Shown: positions 47,683 to 57,606, counted from the stretch's first letter. The stretch: 64,000 nt of DNA from Candidatus Magasanikiibacteriota bacterium (GCA_041666745.1 JBAYGI010000005.1:7748-71747); one strand, 5' to 3'. Made by a program: numbers and translations. Notes: generated from the letters alone by a model not told the origin.

Positions 47683-49032
47683 ATGGAATATCCCGGAACA
47701 AATTTTACTCGCCCTTGGAGATTGGCTTTCCTAGCCTTTTTTATTGTTGCTTTTCTGATTTTTTCCCCACTTTTGATTTTATATACCTCCGGCTACCGTT
47801 ATGATTTTACCAATGGCATTATTCAAGAAACCGGAGCAATCAGTATCGACGTCCTACCCAAAAACACCACGGCTTATCTAAACGATGCCAAGTTAAATAT
47901 TAAAATCCCCATTCGATTAAAAAACTTAGCGAGAGGTAAATATAAAATCAAATTAACCGCCGATGGATTTTATGATTGGGAAAAAGAAGTTATAGTGGAA
48001 AACAAACAAACAGTATACATCAAAGAAATCAAGCTGATTCAAAAGTCAAAACCGCAAAAAATTTCTGATAACAAAATCGACAAGCTATATCTTGCCGGTA
48101 GTGATAATTTTATTATTTACAAAACCATTGATAACCCAACGGTATTTTGGTTGAGAGATTTAAACCAAAACAGTGAAGCGCCGATTGTTCGAGGAACTGC
48201 CGGAAAAAATTATCAAGTAAGTTGGTCAAATTCGAAAAATAATTTCGCGATGATTTCCAGTGATGATCTGTCGGAGATATATGTGATTGATGCCGATAAG
48301 CCCGAACTAATGTGGAATTTGGCTAAGGAAGAAAAAAATAAAATTACAAAAATTCAATGGGGTAATTCTCCTCAGTTGGAAATATTTTATTCTACCAAAA
48401 ATCAACTATCAATTATAAGCGCAACCAATAAACAAAAAACAACTATCGGCAAAAATATTTTTATAGATTGGTTTGTGGAAAATGATCAAATTTGGACACT
48501 GCAAAATTCTTCATCGACCGATCAAATCGATATTACCAAAGATACTTTTGGTTTTTCTAAAATCCTAAATCAGCTAAGCGGCATTTCAAATAATAACAAA
48601 GAAATAGTTTGGCAGATTGTCAGCGCAAAAGATGACCTCATTTTATTAAAAAAATCCGGCCTGTCAGACATGATATTATTCAACCATGATAAACAATTTT
48701 CCATCGTCGGTGACAAATTCCTACCTTCCAATTTCAATAACTGGTGGATAATTTGGACACCTTGGGAAATAACCACCTACAGCCAAGGTGAGGATCCATT
48801 TTTATTAAACCGCTCCGGTGAACAATTGCAAAAAGTAATCGTGCTGGATGAATACAACACTTTGGGTTTGATCTGGGCGGACAAAATGACCGCACTTTTC
48901 CCATATTATTTTGTTAGTCACAATTTAATAAACAATAAGATCAACGATGCGGTAGCTGATAGCGAAAAAAGAGAACTGTATTTCAGCGCAAACATCGACA
49001 ACCAAGATGGTTTGTGGAAAATAAAACATTAA
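47683..49032 (+). CDS. Membrane-anchored PEGA-domain protein
   Basis: YTSGYRYDF..TGAISIDVLP..AYLN..GKYKIKLTADGFYDWEK. Confidence 0.8.
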   Translation: MEYPGTNFTRPWRLAFLAFFIVAFLIFSPLLILYTSGYRYDFTNGIIQETGAISIDVLPKNTTAYLNDAKLNIKIPIRLKNLARGKYKIKLTADGFYDWEKEVIVENKQTVYIKEIKLIQKSKPQKISDNKIDKLYLAGSDNFIIYKTIDNPTVFWLRDLNQNSEAPIVRGTAGKNYQVSWSNSKNNFAMISSDDLSEIYVIDADKPELMWNLAKEEKNKITKIQWGNSPQLEIFYSTKNQLSIISATNKQKTTIGKNIFIDWFVENDQIWTLQNSSSTDQIDITKDTFGFSKILNQLSGISNNNKEIVWQIVSAKDDLILLKKSGLSDMILFNHDKQFSIVGDKFLPSNFNNWWIIWTPWEITTYSQGEDPFLLNRSGEQLQKVIVLDEYNTLGLIWADKMTALFPYYFVSHNLINNKINDAVADSEKRELYFSANIDNQDGLWKIKH

Positions 49033-49038
49033 AAAAAT

Positions 49039-49437
49039 ATGAAACTAACTACTTTTACAGATGGCGGAGCGCGTGGCAACCCGGGACCGGCAGCAACCGG
49101 CGTGGTAATAAAAGATGAAAATAATCTTACCTTGGACGCCTACGGTGAATACCTTGGGGAACAAACAAATAATTTCGCCGAGTATTCCGCTTTGATCTCC
49201 GCGTTAAAACGAGCCAAAGAATTGGGTGCTACCGAAGTGGAATGCGTTTTGGATAGCGAATTGGTTACCAAACAAATGCAAGGTTTTTATAAAGTGCGCG
49301 AACCCGGTCTACAGAAATTATTCATTCAGGCATACAATGCGGCGGCACAATTCAAAAAAGTAAAATATCGACACACGATGCGAGAAAACAACAAAGAAGC
49401 GGATGCTCAAGTAAATAAAATATTGGATAATCAATAA
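49039..49437 (+). CDS. rnhA: Ribonuclease HI
   Basis: FTDGGARGNPG, TNNFAEY, DSELV, RENNKEAD. Confidence 0.93.
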   Translation: MKLTTFTDGGARGNPGPAATGVVIKDENNLTLDAYGEYLGEQTNNFAEYSALISALKRAKELGATEVECVLDSELVTKQMQGFYKVREPGLQKLFIQAYNAAAQFKKVKYRHTMRENNKEADAQVNKILDNQ

Positions 49438-49441
49438 TAAA

Positions 49442-49472
49442 AAAATACCACAGTTCAAATCTGTGGTATTTT
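49442..49472. terminator. Bidirectional terminator
   Basis: aaaataccacag-ttcaaat-ctgtggtatttt between convergent genes. Confidence 0.75.
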
Positions 49473-49486
49473 ATTTACTGTTGTTC

Positions 49487-50125
49487 TTATTGATTGGTAC
49501 TGGTACTAACAGGGGCTGGAATGGTGGTTGTGGCGGAAATAGCACTTTGCATTTTATCTACTGCGGCTTTTTTGGCGGCGACATACACATCTTCGGCTGC
49601 CTTCTTTGAAGCATTCAACTTATCCAGCGCTGCTTTCTTGGCTACTTTAAAAACTTCTTTTGCAGCAGTTTTTTCTGCAGTTGTTTTCGCAGAAATCAAA
49701 GCTGTTTTTAAATTTGCGTTAGCGACAGCCAAAGCGGCATTATATTCTTTTTTTGCAATATTTATAGCTACATCTTTTGCTTTTTTGGCCGCATTAAAAG
49801 CGGCGTTCTTGATTTTGGTTGCTTCATTTTTTGCTTTTATTTTCGCGACTAATTCATCTTTTTTTGCTTTTAACCTATCTGCCAAATTCTTTTTTTCGAT
49901 TTTCAATTTTTCTATTTGAGCTTTTTTTTCAGCATTAACTTTTTCTATCGCTTCTTTTTTTTCTGTTTTAATTTGAACTACTTTGCCTTTTGCGTCTTTC
50001 TTTACTTCTTTGATAGAAGTCTGAATATTCTTCAAATTTGTAGTAGTGATATTTTCTTGAGCGAGAGCTGGTACGGCTGACAATATTAAACCGGCAATAA
50101 TTAATGTATATAATTTTTTTTGCAT
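49487..50125 (-). CDS. Secreted Ala/Lys-rich helical protein
   Basis: Signal peptide (VPALA-Q), AKKA repeats. Confidence 0.75.
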   Translation of the reverse strand: MQKKLYTLIIAGLILSAVPALAQENITTTNLKNIQTSIKEVKKDAKGKVVQIKTEKKEAIEKVNAEKKAQIEKLKIEKKNLADRLKAKKDELVAKIKAKNEATKIKNAAFNAAKKAKDVAINIAKKEYNAALAVANANLKTALISAKTTAEKTAAKEVFKVAKKAALDKLNASKKAAEDVYVAAKKAAVDKMQSAISATTTIPAPVSTSTNQ

Positions 50126-50148
50126 ATGATTAATAACTATTTTAAAAA

Positions 50149-50541
50149 TTAATTTTTGTTAAATTTCTCGACCTTTGAGAAAAGAACCCTCCGATATTTT
50201 AATATAATAATAAAAATAAATATAAATAAAATTATGGCTGTGACCGCAAACGCGAATTGATACCAAGGAATAAATTCTGCTAGCTCGCTATAAAAATCTG
50301 TAATTAAAGAAAAATCTATTTTGATACTATCTATAAATTCGGATAAAAATGTCCACCCTTGATCGGCCAATAATTCTGTATAAAACAAATATCCAAAAAT
50401 CAACGCGCTAAATAAAAATCCACAAAACAATCCAATTAAATAATATTTTCGCTTCGCAACTTTCACAGCTTTCATAATCTCTTGGTGCATTTTGCTAGAA
50501 ACCGCTTTTTCATCATTTAAATTTTGAAACATTTCATTCAT
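50149..50541 (-). CDS. Two-TM membrane protein, putative anti-sigma factor
   Basis: Start overlaps the stop of the ECF sigma gene; two hydrophobic segments. Confidence 0.65.
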   Translation of the reverse strand: MNEMFQNLNDEKAVSSKMHQEIMKAVKVAKRKYYLIGLFCGFLFSALIFGYLFYTELLADQGWTFLSEFIDSIKIDFSLITDFYSELAEFIPWYQFAFAVTAIILFIFIFIIILKYRRVLFSKVEKFNKN

Positions 50542-51086
50542 AAAATATCTCCTATATATTTTTGTAATTCGATTTTAGCTCGACGTAAATTTGTTTTGAC
50601 AGTATTAATCGAAATTTTTAAAACTCCGGCGATGTCGTCGTAAGTTAGCTGGTCGCGATAATACAGAAGTAAAATATTCTGATATGCCGGCTTTACTTTT
50701 TGTAATATCCTTTCTACCAAGTCTTTGTCCTCTATCTTCTTATACGACCAACTTTCATCAATTGTTTCAAATGGATTTTCTGGGTCATCTACTATATATA
50801 ACTCCGTGCTTTTTTTGGCTTTTCTTAGTCAATCATAAACCGTGTTGGTGGCCACCGTATAAACCCAAGTTCTAAATTTATACTGTGGATCAAAAGTTTT
50901 GATGGCCCTAAAAATCTTGATAAATGTTTCCTGCGTCAAATCCTCAGCATTTTCTTTGTGTTGAATAAAACGAAAAATATGCCCAAAAACCGGCTTTTCA
51001 TACAAAAACAAGAGCTGTTCAAATGCTTTGATATCCCCTGCTTGGGCGCGAGCGATAATTTCACTTTCCGAAATATTTTCTACCAT
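50538..51086 (-). pseudogene. ECF sigma factor interrupted by one in-frame TGA
   Basis: One frame of 183 codons; FRTWVYTVATNTVYD*LRK with TGA at 50829-50831, then region 4 LTYDDIAGVLKISINTVKTNLRRAK. Confidence 0.85.
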
Positions 51087-51096
51087 ATATATTTCA

Positions 51097-51188
51097 TATA
51101 AACTCCTCGGCTCGGAAAAGCAAAATATTTTGCTTTTCTCTCGCCTTCGTCGTTTATAAAAAGCATACCATTTTTGATATGCTTTTTC
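51097..51188. repeat. Palindromic element plus terminator after dnaJ
   Basis: ataaac..ctcggctcg-gaaaagcaaaatattttgcttttc-tctcgccttcg..gtttat, then aaaaagcata..tatgcttttt. Confidence 0.55.
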
Positions 51189-51218
51189 AACTTGTGATTT
51201 AACACTATTTAATCCGGA

Positions 51219-52313
51219 TCAAATTTCACTCTTTAAATCTTCCAATTTTTTACGAGCTTCGCGTGAAACTTTTTTTGGCACACGAATTTTTATTTTTACA
51301 AAATGATCGGCGCGAGTTGTTCTGCCCAAATGAGAAATTCCGTGTCCTTTCATTTTTATCAGCTGACCGGATTCTATTCCTTCGGGAATTGTCAAAGTAA
51401 CCGGACCGTCGATTGTTTCCACTTCTATTTTGTCACCAAGCACCGCTTGAGTAAAATTGATTTCGTTTTCAGTATATACATCAAAACCTTCACGATGAAA
51501 ATATTTGTTTGGTTTGATATGCGCGCGCACATAAAGATCACCACTTTGACCACCGTGCGGAGCGGCCTCACCATACCCCGACAACCGCAAAGATTCGCCG
51601 GTATTTATCCCAGCCGGAATTTTTACTTTGAGATCACTGGATTTGGCTACGATGCCATCACCACCACAATGTTTGCATTTTTTGCTTGGCCGTTCTCCCC
51701 TGCCCTGACAGGTCGGACAGGTCACGATAGCTTGCATCGTCCCCAAAAAAGTTCTTTGATTTTGCGCGACTTGTCCTTGTCCGCCACAGGTGTTGCATTT
51801 TTCCATTTTACTTCCCGGTTCACCACCGTTTCCACCACAAACATCACAAGCACTTTGTTTGCGCAAATGAATTTCTTTTTCAATACCAAAAGCCGCTTCT
51901 TTAAAATCTAATTCGACATCGACCTGGATATCACTGCCACGCTCTTGTCTGGAACTACGAGATCGTCCTCCTCCGAAAATATTTCCAAAGATATCACCGA
52001 GATCTTCACCACCAAAATCAAACTGAAAACCGCCACCTTGACCACCACGAGCCTGGCGCATAAAATCTTCCCAACTGGCACCACCACCAAAACCGCCTTG
52101 TTGTTCGAAATCCGAACCAAACTGATCGTATTTAGTACGTTTGTCAGTATCGTTAAGCACCTGATAAGCCTCATTCACCTCCTTGAATTTCTTTTCGTCA
52201 CCACCCGGACGATCCGGATGGTATTGCATGGCGGCTTTTTTGAAAGCTTTTTTGATCTCATCGGTGGTGGCATTTTTTTCTATGCCTAATATTTTGTAAT
52301 AATCTTTGGACAT
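51219..52313 (-). CDS. dnaJ: Chaperone DnaJ
   Basis: DYYKILG, HPD, four CxxCxGxG motifs. Confidence 0.97.
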   Translation of the reverse strand: MSKDYYKILGIEKNATTDEIKKAFKKAAMQYHPDRPGGDEKKFKEVNEAYQVLNDTDKRTKYDQFGSDFEQQGGFGGGASWEDFMRQARGGQGGGFQFDFGGEDLGDIFGNIFGGGRSRSSRQERGSDIQVDVELDFKEAAFGIEKEIHLRKQSACDVCGGNGGEPGSKMEKCNTCGGQGQVAQNQRTFLGTMQAIVTCPTCQGRGERPSKKCKHCGGDGIVAKSSDLKVKIPAGINTGESLRLSGYGEAAPHGGQSGDLYVRAHIKPNKYFHREGFDVYTENEINFTQAVLGDKIEVETIDGPVTLTIPEGIESGQLIKMKGHGISHLGRTTRADHFVKIKIRVPKKVSREARKKLEDLKSEI

Positions 52314-52316
52314 AAT

Positions 52317-52622
52317 TTATCTGCGATCTATATTTCCTTCACCGGTAATATTTTCTCTAACAAAATTATCAAATTCGGCAATTTGTTCCGGTGTGTGTTT
52401 TTTATCTTCACCCTCCCAAACATTTTTTGAATCTGTTACAATTGAGTTAATCAATATTTTTTTCTGGTCTTCACTGTCTAAATACATGTCGCCATACTCC
52501 AAAAACATACAACGACCACATATGGTATGTGAAAAACCTTCGCCTTCTATTTCCATATCTTTTTTAAATGTTCTTCCACATGTACCACATTGCACAATAG
52601 TCATATAATTTACTTTAAGCAC
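52317..52622 (-). CDS. Hypothetical protein with two CxxC motifs
   Basis: CGTC...HTICGRC; between dnaK and dnaJ. Confidence 0.6.
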   Translation of the reverse strand: MLKVNYMTIVQCGTCGRTFKKDMEIEGEGFSHTICGRCMFLEYGDMYLDSEDQKKILINSIVTDSKNVWEGEDKKHTPEQIAEFDNFVRENITGEGNIDRR

Positions 52623-52665
52623 AGAATTAAATTTCTGACTCCTAGATTATACCACTTTAAAACAA

Positions 52666-54582
52666 TTATTTCACTACTTCACCTTCAATTGGGCCTTTGT
52701 CATCTGTCGGTGCACCACCAGCCGGGTTTTCGCCTTGTGGAGCGTTGTCAGTTTTATTTTTGGCGTCCGTCTGTTCCTTCTGATACATTTTCATACCAAC
52801 CGCTTGAGCGGCTTTGGAAAGTTCTTCAGCGGTTTTTTTGATTGCTTCGACATCATCTTTATCTTTTACTTCTTTGACCGCTTTCAAAGTTTCTTCCACT
52901 TTGGATTTTTCTTCGGCGGTAATTTCTATTTTCTTTTCTTCCACATCTTTCATCATTTTTTCGGTAGTGTAAATCATCGAATCGGCAATATTGCGAGCTT
53001 CGATTAATTCTTGTTTTTTCTTATCTTCATCGGCATGCAACTCCGCTTCTTTTTTCATCTTTTCGATTTCTTCTTTACTCAAACCGGAAGATGATTCGAT
53101 ACGAATACTTTGTTCTTTGTTGGTACCTTTGTCTTTGGCCTTTACATTCAAAATACCATTGGCATCAATATCAAAAGTAACTTCCACCTGAGGAATACCG
53201 CGTGGCGCCATTGGAATACCATCCAAAATAAAGCGACCCAAAGATTTGTTGTCAGCGGCCATTGGACGCTCCCCTTGCAAAACATGAATTTCTACACTTG
53301 GTTGGTTGTCTGCGGCAGTAGAAAATGTTTGAGATTTGGAAGTTGGAATAGTAGTATTGCGTTCGATCAACTTAGTCATCACCGAACCCATAGTTTCGAT
53401 ACCAAAGGAAAGTGGTGTTACATCGAGCAACAACACATCTTTGACGTCACCTTTGAGCACACCACCTTGCACGGCTGCGCCCACGGCTACTACTTCATCC
53501 GGATTCACATTAATATTTGGTTTTTTACCAAAGAATTTTTCTACCATTTGTAATACCAACGGCATGCGAGTCATACCACCGACCATTACTACTTCATTGA
53601 GATCGCCAACTTTTAATTTGGCATCTTCGAGTGCTTTTTTTACCGGCTCCAAAGTTTTTTCCACCAAAGCGCCAACCAATTCTTCCAATTTGGAACGGGT
53701 TAGTTTCATTACCAAATGTTTTGGGCCATTGGCATCGGAAGTAATAAACGGCTGGTTGATTTCACTTTCTTGAGCGGTGGACAATTCGATTTTGGCTTTT
53801 TCGGCCGCTTCCTTAATACGTTGTAAAGACAACGGGTCATTGCCCAAATCAATACCTTGATCTTTTTTAAATTCATCCAAAATCCAACGAATAATCACTT
53901 GATCAAAATCATCACCACCAAGATGAGTATCTCCATTGGTGGAAAGCACCTGAACATTATCCGGCGCAACTTCGAGAATAGAGATATCAAAAGTACCGCC
54001 ACCCAAATCATAGACAGCGATTTTTTGTTCAGTCTTTTTATCAAAACCATAAGCCAAAGCGGCGGCGGTTGGTTCATTCACTATGCGCAATACTTTCAAA
54101 CCGGCAATTTCACCGGCGTCTTTGGTCGCCTGACGTTGAGAGTCGTTGAAATAAGCTGGCACGGTAATTACCGCTTCAGTAATTTTTTCACCCAAACGTT
54201 CTTCGGCATCCGCTTTCATTTTTTGCAAAATCATCGCTGAAATTTCCTGCGGACTATATTCTTTTCCTTGTAATATCACTTTCACGCCTTCGCCGGCTTT
54301 GACGATTTTGTATGGCATGAGTTTGAGATCTCGTTGTACTTCTTCGTCATTCCAACTGCGACCGATAAGACGCTTGATGGAAAACAAAGTGTTTTCCGGA
54401 TTAGTTACCGCCTGACGTTTTGCCAACTGACCAACCAAACGTTCGCCACTTTTTGAAATAGCCACGATGGATGGAGTAGTGCGAGCGCCTTCTTTATTTT
54501 CCAATACCTTTGGCTGACCACCTTCGATGATGGACATACAACTATTGGTTGTGCCGAGATCGATTCCTAATACTTTGGACAT
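52666..54582 (-). CDS. dnaK: Chaperone DnaK
   Basis: [34 protein letters not shown]. Confidence 0.99.
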   Translation of the reverse strand: MSKVLGIDLGTTNSCMSIIEGGQPKVLENKEGARTTPSIVAISKSGERLVGQLAKRQAVTNPENTLFSIKRLIGRSWNDEEVQRDLKLMPYKIVKAGEGVKVILQGKEYSPQEISAMILQKMKADAEERLGEKITEAVITVPAYFNDSQRQATKDAGEIAGLKVLRIVNEPTAAALAYGFDKKTEQKIAVYDLGGGTFDISILEVAPDNVQVLSTNGDTHLGGDDFDQVIIRWILDEFKKDQGIDLGNDPLSLQRIKEAAEKAKIELSTAQESEINQPFITSDANGPKHLVMKLTRSKLEELVGALVEKTLEPVKKALEDAKLKVGDLNEVVMVGGMTRMPLVLQMVEKFFGKKPNINVNPDEVVAVGAAVQGGVLKGDVKDVLLLDVTPLSFGIETMGSVMTKLIERNTTIPTSKSQTFSTAADNQPSVEIHVLQGERPMAADNKSLGRFILDGIPMAPRGIPQVEVTFDIDANGILNVKAKDKGTNKEQSIRIESSSGLSKEEIEKMKKEAELHADEDKKKQELIEARNIADSMIYTTEKMMKDVEEKKIEITAEEKSKVEETLKAVKEVKDKDDVEAIKKTAEELSKAAQAVGMKMYQKEQTDAKNKTDNAPQGENPAGGAPTDDKGPIEGEVVK

Positions 54583-54599
54583 ATATGTATATTCTTACC

Positions 54600-54680
54600 T
54601 GTCATTCCCACGAAAGTGGGAATCCCAGAGTTATTAATTTATTTTATTTTTTATTGTCATTCCCGCGAAAGCGGGAATCT
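54600..54680 (+). repeat. Two TGTC-tagged palindromic repeats
   Basis: tgtcattcccacgaaagtgggaatcc (54600-54625) and tgtcattcccgcgaaagcgggaatct (54655-54680). Confidence 0.88.
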
Positions 54681-54695
54681 GCGATTATTGATTAC

Positions 54696-54827
54696 TTAAA
54701 AATCAAATTCTTTTTTTCTGCCTTGAGCTTGATCTAACCAGCTGTTTTTGTAACCAATCTTATATCCTTCTTTGTAAACCAAATACATGATAAAAACGAT
54801 ACCAACTAATTTTAATGTCAATTCCAT
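54696..54827 (-). CDS. Small single-TM protein (43 aa)
   Basis: MELTLKLVGIVFIMYLVYKEGYKIGYKNSW... Confidence 0.5.
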   Translation of the reverse strand: MELTLKLVGIVFIMYLVYKEGYKIGYKNSWLDQAQGRKKEFDF

Positions 54828-54846
54828 ATATAAAAATAATTTAAAT

Positions 54847-54987
54847 TTATTCATCATTTGGATTAATTTTTCTTTTAATTCGCCACACATCGTTTTGCAA
54901 ACCAATTATTCTACTTTTAATATCTACCACAAAATAGATCATTACGACTAATAAAACTGAAAGAATTAATAATAAAATATTTGTCAT
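54847..54987 (-). CDS. Small single-TM protein (46 aa), not in ORF track
   Basis: Hand translation MTNILLLILSVLLVVMIYFVVDIKSRIIGLQNDVWRIKRKINPNDE*. Confidence 0.5.
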   Translation of the reverse strand: MTNILLLILSVLLVVMIYFVVDIKSRIIGLQNDVWRIKRKINPNDE

Positions 54988-54995
54988 ATATAAAA

Positions 54996-55352
54996 TTAAT
55001 TTAAATTTAAAATATAATTTTTATCAGAGACACCACCATCTTGCTTCGCCTTATCAAATCTATTAAATTCCAAAAAATGTTTTATTTCCATTAAAACATG
55101 GATAAACAATTCCCAATGCATACCAACATTAACATTGATTTGTTTTATCTTTTTTACGCAAAAATGAATATTATGAATTTTAGTTCCATGAACATCAACT
55201 ACTAAAATATATTCCCAATAACCCATTTTATTTTCAATTTCATGTATCAAAGTACAATTAATTTTATAATTATTAAATAAATAAACATACTTGCCTTTTA
55301 TAGAGGAACTCGCTGGGGATGTTATTAAATTAAAATCTTCATTTTGACTCAT
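54996..55352 (-). CDS. Hypothetical protein, very AT-rich
   Basis: 118-aa ORF tightly packed with neighbours. Confidence 0.55.
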   Translation of the reverse strand: MSQNEDFNLITSPASSSIKGKYVYLFNNYKINCTLIHEIENKMGYWEYILVVDVHGTKIHNIHFCVKKIKQINVNVGMHWELFIHVLMEIKHFLEFNRFDKAKQDGGVSDKNYILNLN

Positions 55353-55358
55353 AAATTT

Positions 55359-56003
55359 TTAATTATTTTGCTTCAAAATATTCTGCATTTTATTACTAAA
55401 ACTAAAACATGTGATACCTAATAGCGAAAAAATAGATAAAACTAACAAAATTCCACTAGGTATATTGAACCCTCCGACAAATAATAAATGTAATAAAACC
55501 ACAAATATTAACAGTACGCAAGCCAAAGAAATTATCATGAGCATAGCTATTCTAAAATCTGTGTCGCTTCTAATTATATTAATATTAATTAAAATAAAAG
55601 CCAAAATAGCGGTAAAAATACCCATAATTTCTATAAAATTGATTTGTAAATTTTTGCTTTTTTCATCTATTTTTTTATCTATTTGATTTAAAAAATCTGT
55701 TTGCTCAATCTTTAATTTATTTACATCAAGAATCAATGGCGTTATTTCTTTCTGTATTATATCTCTTGTGTGTTCGTCAGCATATGTTCCTTTGTCGCTG
55801 TCTGATAATTTTGTAAAAACACATTCACCGGTTGCTGTGCATTTTAAACCATAATTTGGATTTGTAACATTAGACAGACTATATGAAGATGGTGTTGTAA
55901 TAGATGAAAATTCTATTCCTTTTGTAGTATCATTAGATTTACAACCAGCACCCATTAACATAACTACTACTACTACTAATACTGTAAAAATTTTTAATTT
56001 CAT
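55359..56003 (-). CDS. Hypothetical lipoprotein/membrane protein
   Basis: LMGAGC lipobox-like signal; three C-terminal TM segments. Confidence 0.6.
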   Translation of the reverse strand: MKLKIFTVLVVVVVMLMGAGCKSNDTTKGIEFSSITTPSSYSLSNVTNPNYGLKCTATGECVFTKLSDSDKGTYADEHTRDIIQKEITPLILDVNKLKIEQTDFLNQIDKKIDEKSKNLQINFIEIMGIFTAILAFILININIIRSDTDFRIAMLMIISLACVLLIFVVLLHLLFVGGFNIPSGILLVLSIFSLLGITCFSFSNKMQNILKQNN

Positions 56004-56009
56004 AAAAAA

Positions 56010-56561
56010 TTAAATTTTAATTTTTTCCAAACATTTTTTATATAATTCTTTTCCAATTTCTTTCGCTCTGTCCATCATCCGATTATACATATACTCAATT
56101 TTGAACTTTCCATTTTCTTTACCGTGATTTACTAAATATGGATCAAAATTGGAGTCAAAAAATGATAAACTATCTGCGTCCATTAAATAATTCGCATCCT
56201 CATCGCCACCCACCTCGTGTTTTTCCACCAATGTTTTTACCAGTTGAATAAACTTTTCATCAAAATTATACTTTTTTAATAATTCAGCAATAATTCTACC
56301 ACTTTCGTTTGCGTGCGCTTGTTTATATTCTTCATAATTAGAATATTTATCTCCCCACTGCCCTTCATTTATTCTGTTGGCACCATGAAAACCTCGCTCA
56401 ATATCGTGACCCAAAGCGGCGATTTGCAGGGCTTCGTCTGCGTCGGGTTTTAATTTCAACAACCATTTCAGAGTTGTTTGTGAGTGTTGTGCGTCAGTTT
56501 TAATAACCGAGTTAGTCATCAACCGTTCTATCTCCTTTTTTATTTCTTCAAAATTATTCAT
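56010..56561 (-). CDS. HD-superfamily protein (DUF4202-like)
   Basis: H...WLLKL.P.A.EALQIAALGHDIER, HA, HE, DADSLSFF. Confidence 0.75.
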   Translation of the reverse strand: MNNFEEIKKEIERLMTNSVIKTDAQHSQTTLKWLLKLKPDADEALQIAALGHDIERGFHGANRINEGQWGDKYSNYEEYKQAHANESGRIIAELLKKYNFDEKFIQLVKTLVEKHEVGGDEDANYLMDADSLSFFDSNFDPYLVNHGKENGKFKIEYMYNRMMDRAKEIGKELYKKCLEKIKI

Positions 56562-56654
56562 ATTGCAATTTTTGTATTTTATGATATATTACATTCATCA
56601 CGATGAGAGGTTACCCGAAGGGTTCTGTCCCTAGGCTATACCTCTTTTTTTTGT

Positions 56655-56701
56655 TGTCATTCCCGCACCCGCTTCGCGAGTATAAACTCCAGCGGGGATC
56701 T
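56655..56701 (+). repeat. Extended TGTC-tagged palindromic repeat downstream of GIY-YIG
   Basis: tgtcattcccgc...[insert]...gcggggatct. Confidence 0.7.
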
Positions 56702-56707
56702 TTTTAT

Positions 56708-56998
56708 TTAAAATGGTTTTAACGTTGGATAAAGATCGTTCCACTCTGGATTATCTTTTTCTATCAATTCTGTTTTCCATTTTCTATTCCACTTTTTAAT
56801 TTGTTTTTCTCTGGTTATGGCATTTCTTACATCGTCATATTGTTCGTAATAAACTAAATTGTGAATGTGATATTTTTGGGTGAAACCTTCTATTGTCTCT
56901 TGTTTGTGTTCGTGGATTCTTCTTAATAGATTATTTGTCACACCTACATACAATACGCCATTTTTCTGGTTGGATAATATGTAGATGTAATAAGTCAT
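56708..56998 (-). CDS. Stand-alone GIY-YIG nuclease
   Basis: YYIYIL..LYVGVTNNL.RR..EH, LVYYE, AI.REKQIKKW.R.WK..LIE..NP.W.DL. Confidence 0.93.
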   Translation of the reverse strand: MTYYIYILSNQKNGVLYVGVTNNLLRRIHEHKQETIEGFTQKYHIHNLVYYEQYDDVRNAITREKQIKKWNRKWKTELIEKDNPEWNDLYPTLKPF

Positions 56999-57009
56999 AG
57001 CCCCCTCTT

Positions 57010-57126
57010 AGATCCCCGTTTTCACGGGGATGACAATTGATTAGATTCCCATTTACATGGGAATGACAATGTTTATTAGATTCCCGCTTTCGCGGGAATG
57101 ACACAATTTTATTTATTAGAATGACA
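57010..57126 (-). repeat. Tandem array of three palindromic repeats plus a remnant, upstream of GIY-YIG
   Basis: agatccccgttttcacggggatgaca (57010-35), agattcccatttacatgggaatgaca (57043-68), agattcccgctttcgcgggaatgaca (57078-103). Confidence 0.9.
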
Positions 57127-57139
57127 AATTAAAAATAAA

Positions 57140-57574
57140 TTATTTTGTCTTTTTTGTAATTTTTATTTCTACTTTTTTTGGTTCGGCTGTTTTGGTTTTT
57201 GGACAAGTGATTTTCAGTATTCCATCTTCAAAACTAGCTTCTACATCATTTTCCAATACCACTGTCGGCAAAGCTATCTGACGGTAAAAAGCACCACTGC
57301 GAACTTCTTTGCGATAATAATTTTTTTCTTCAATCTCATGTTCTTTGTGATTTTCACCTTGTAAAGTGAGCACACCGTTTTCTACACTCACTTTCACGTC
57401 TTCCGGGTTGAATCCGGCCAAAGGTGTTTCCACCACCACCGCCTTATCTGTTTCATAAACATCCACCGCCGGTGTAAAAGCTTTCATGGTTGAATTTACG
57501 GCCGGCAGACGATTGAAAGCTTCGTCTACTTGATCAAATGGATCCCACATTGGAGACCAACGAATTAATGACAT
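57140..57574 (-). CDS. Small heat-shock protein Hsp20
   Basis: PAVDVYET, ENGVLTLQGE, GAFYRQI.LP, ASFEDGILKI..PK. Confidence 0.95.
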   Translation of the reverse strand: MSLIRWSPMWDPFDQVDEAFNRLPAVNSTMKAFTPAVDVYETDKAVVVETPLAGFNPEDVKVSVENGVLTLQGENHKEHEIEEKNYYRKEVRSGAFYRQIALPTVVLENDVEASFEDGILKITCPKTKTAEPKKVEIKITKKTK

Positions 57575-57606
57575 ATATATTTTTTATTAATTGATTTAAT
57601 TTAAAT

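Noticed and set aside
50829-50831. In-frame TGA as evidence of genetic code 4 or 25
   Set aside because: TGA terminates ftsX, dnaJ and grpE at expected positions, and other long genes have no internal TGA.
51303-54240. Long antisense ORFs opposite dnaJ and dnaK
   Set aside because: A common codon-bias artefact opposite conserved chaperone genes.
54696-56561. Integron cassette array
   Set aside because: No integron integrase, and the gaps between ORFs are too short to hold attC sites.
57010-57126. Tandem repeats resembling a CRISPR array
   Set aside because: Gaps are only 7-9 nt, the repeats vary internally, copies are dispersed in both orientations, and there are no cas genes.
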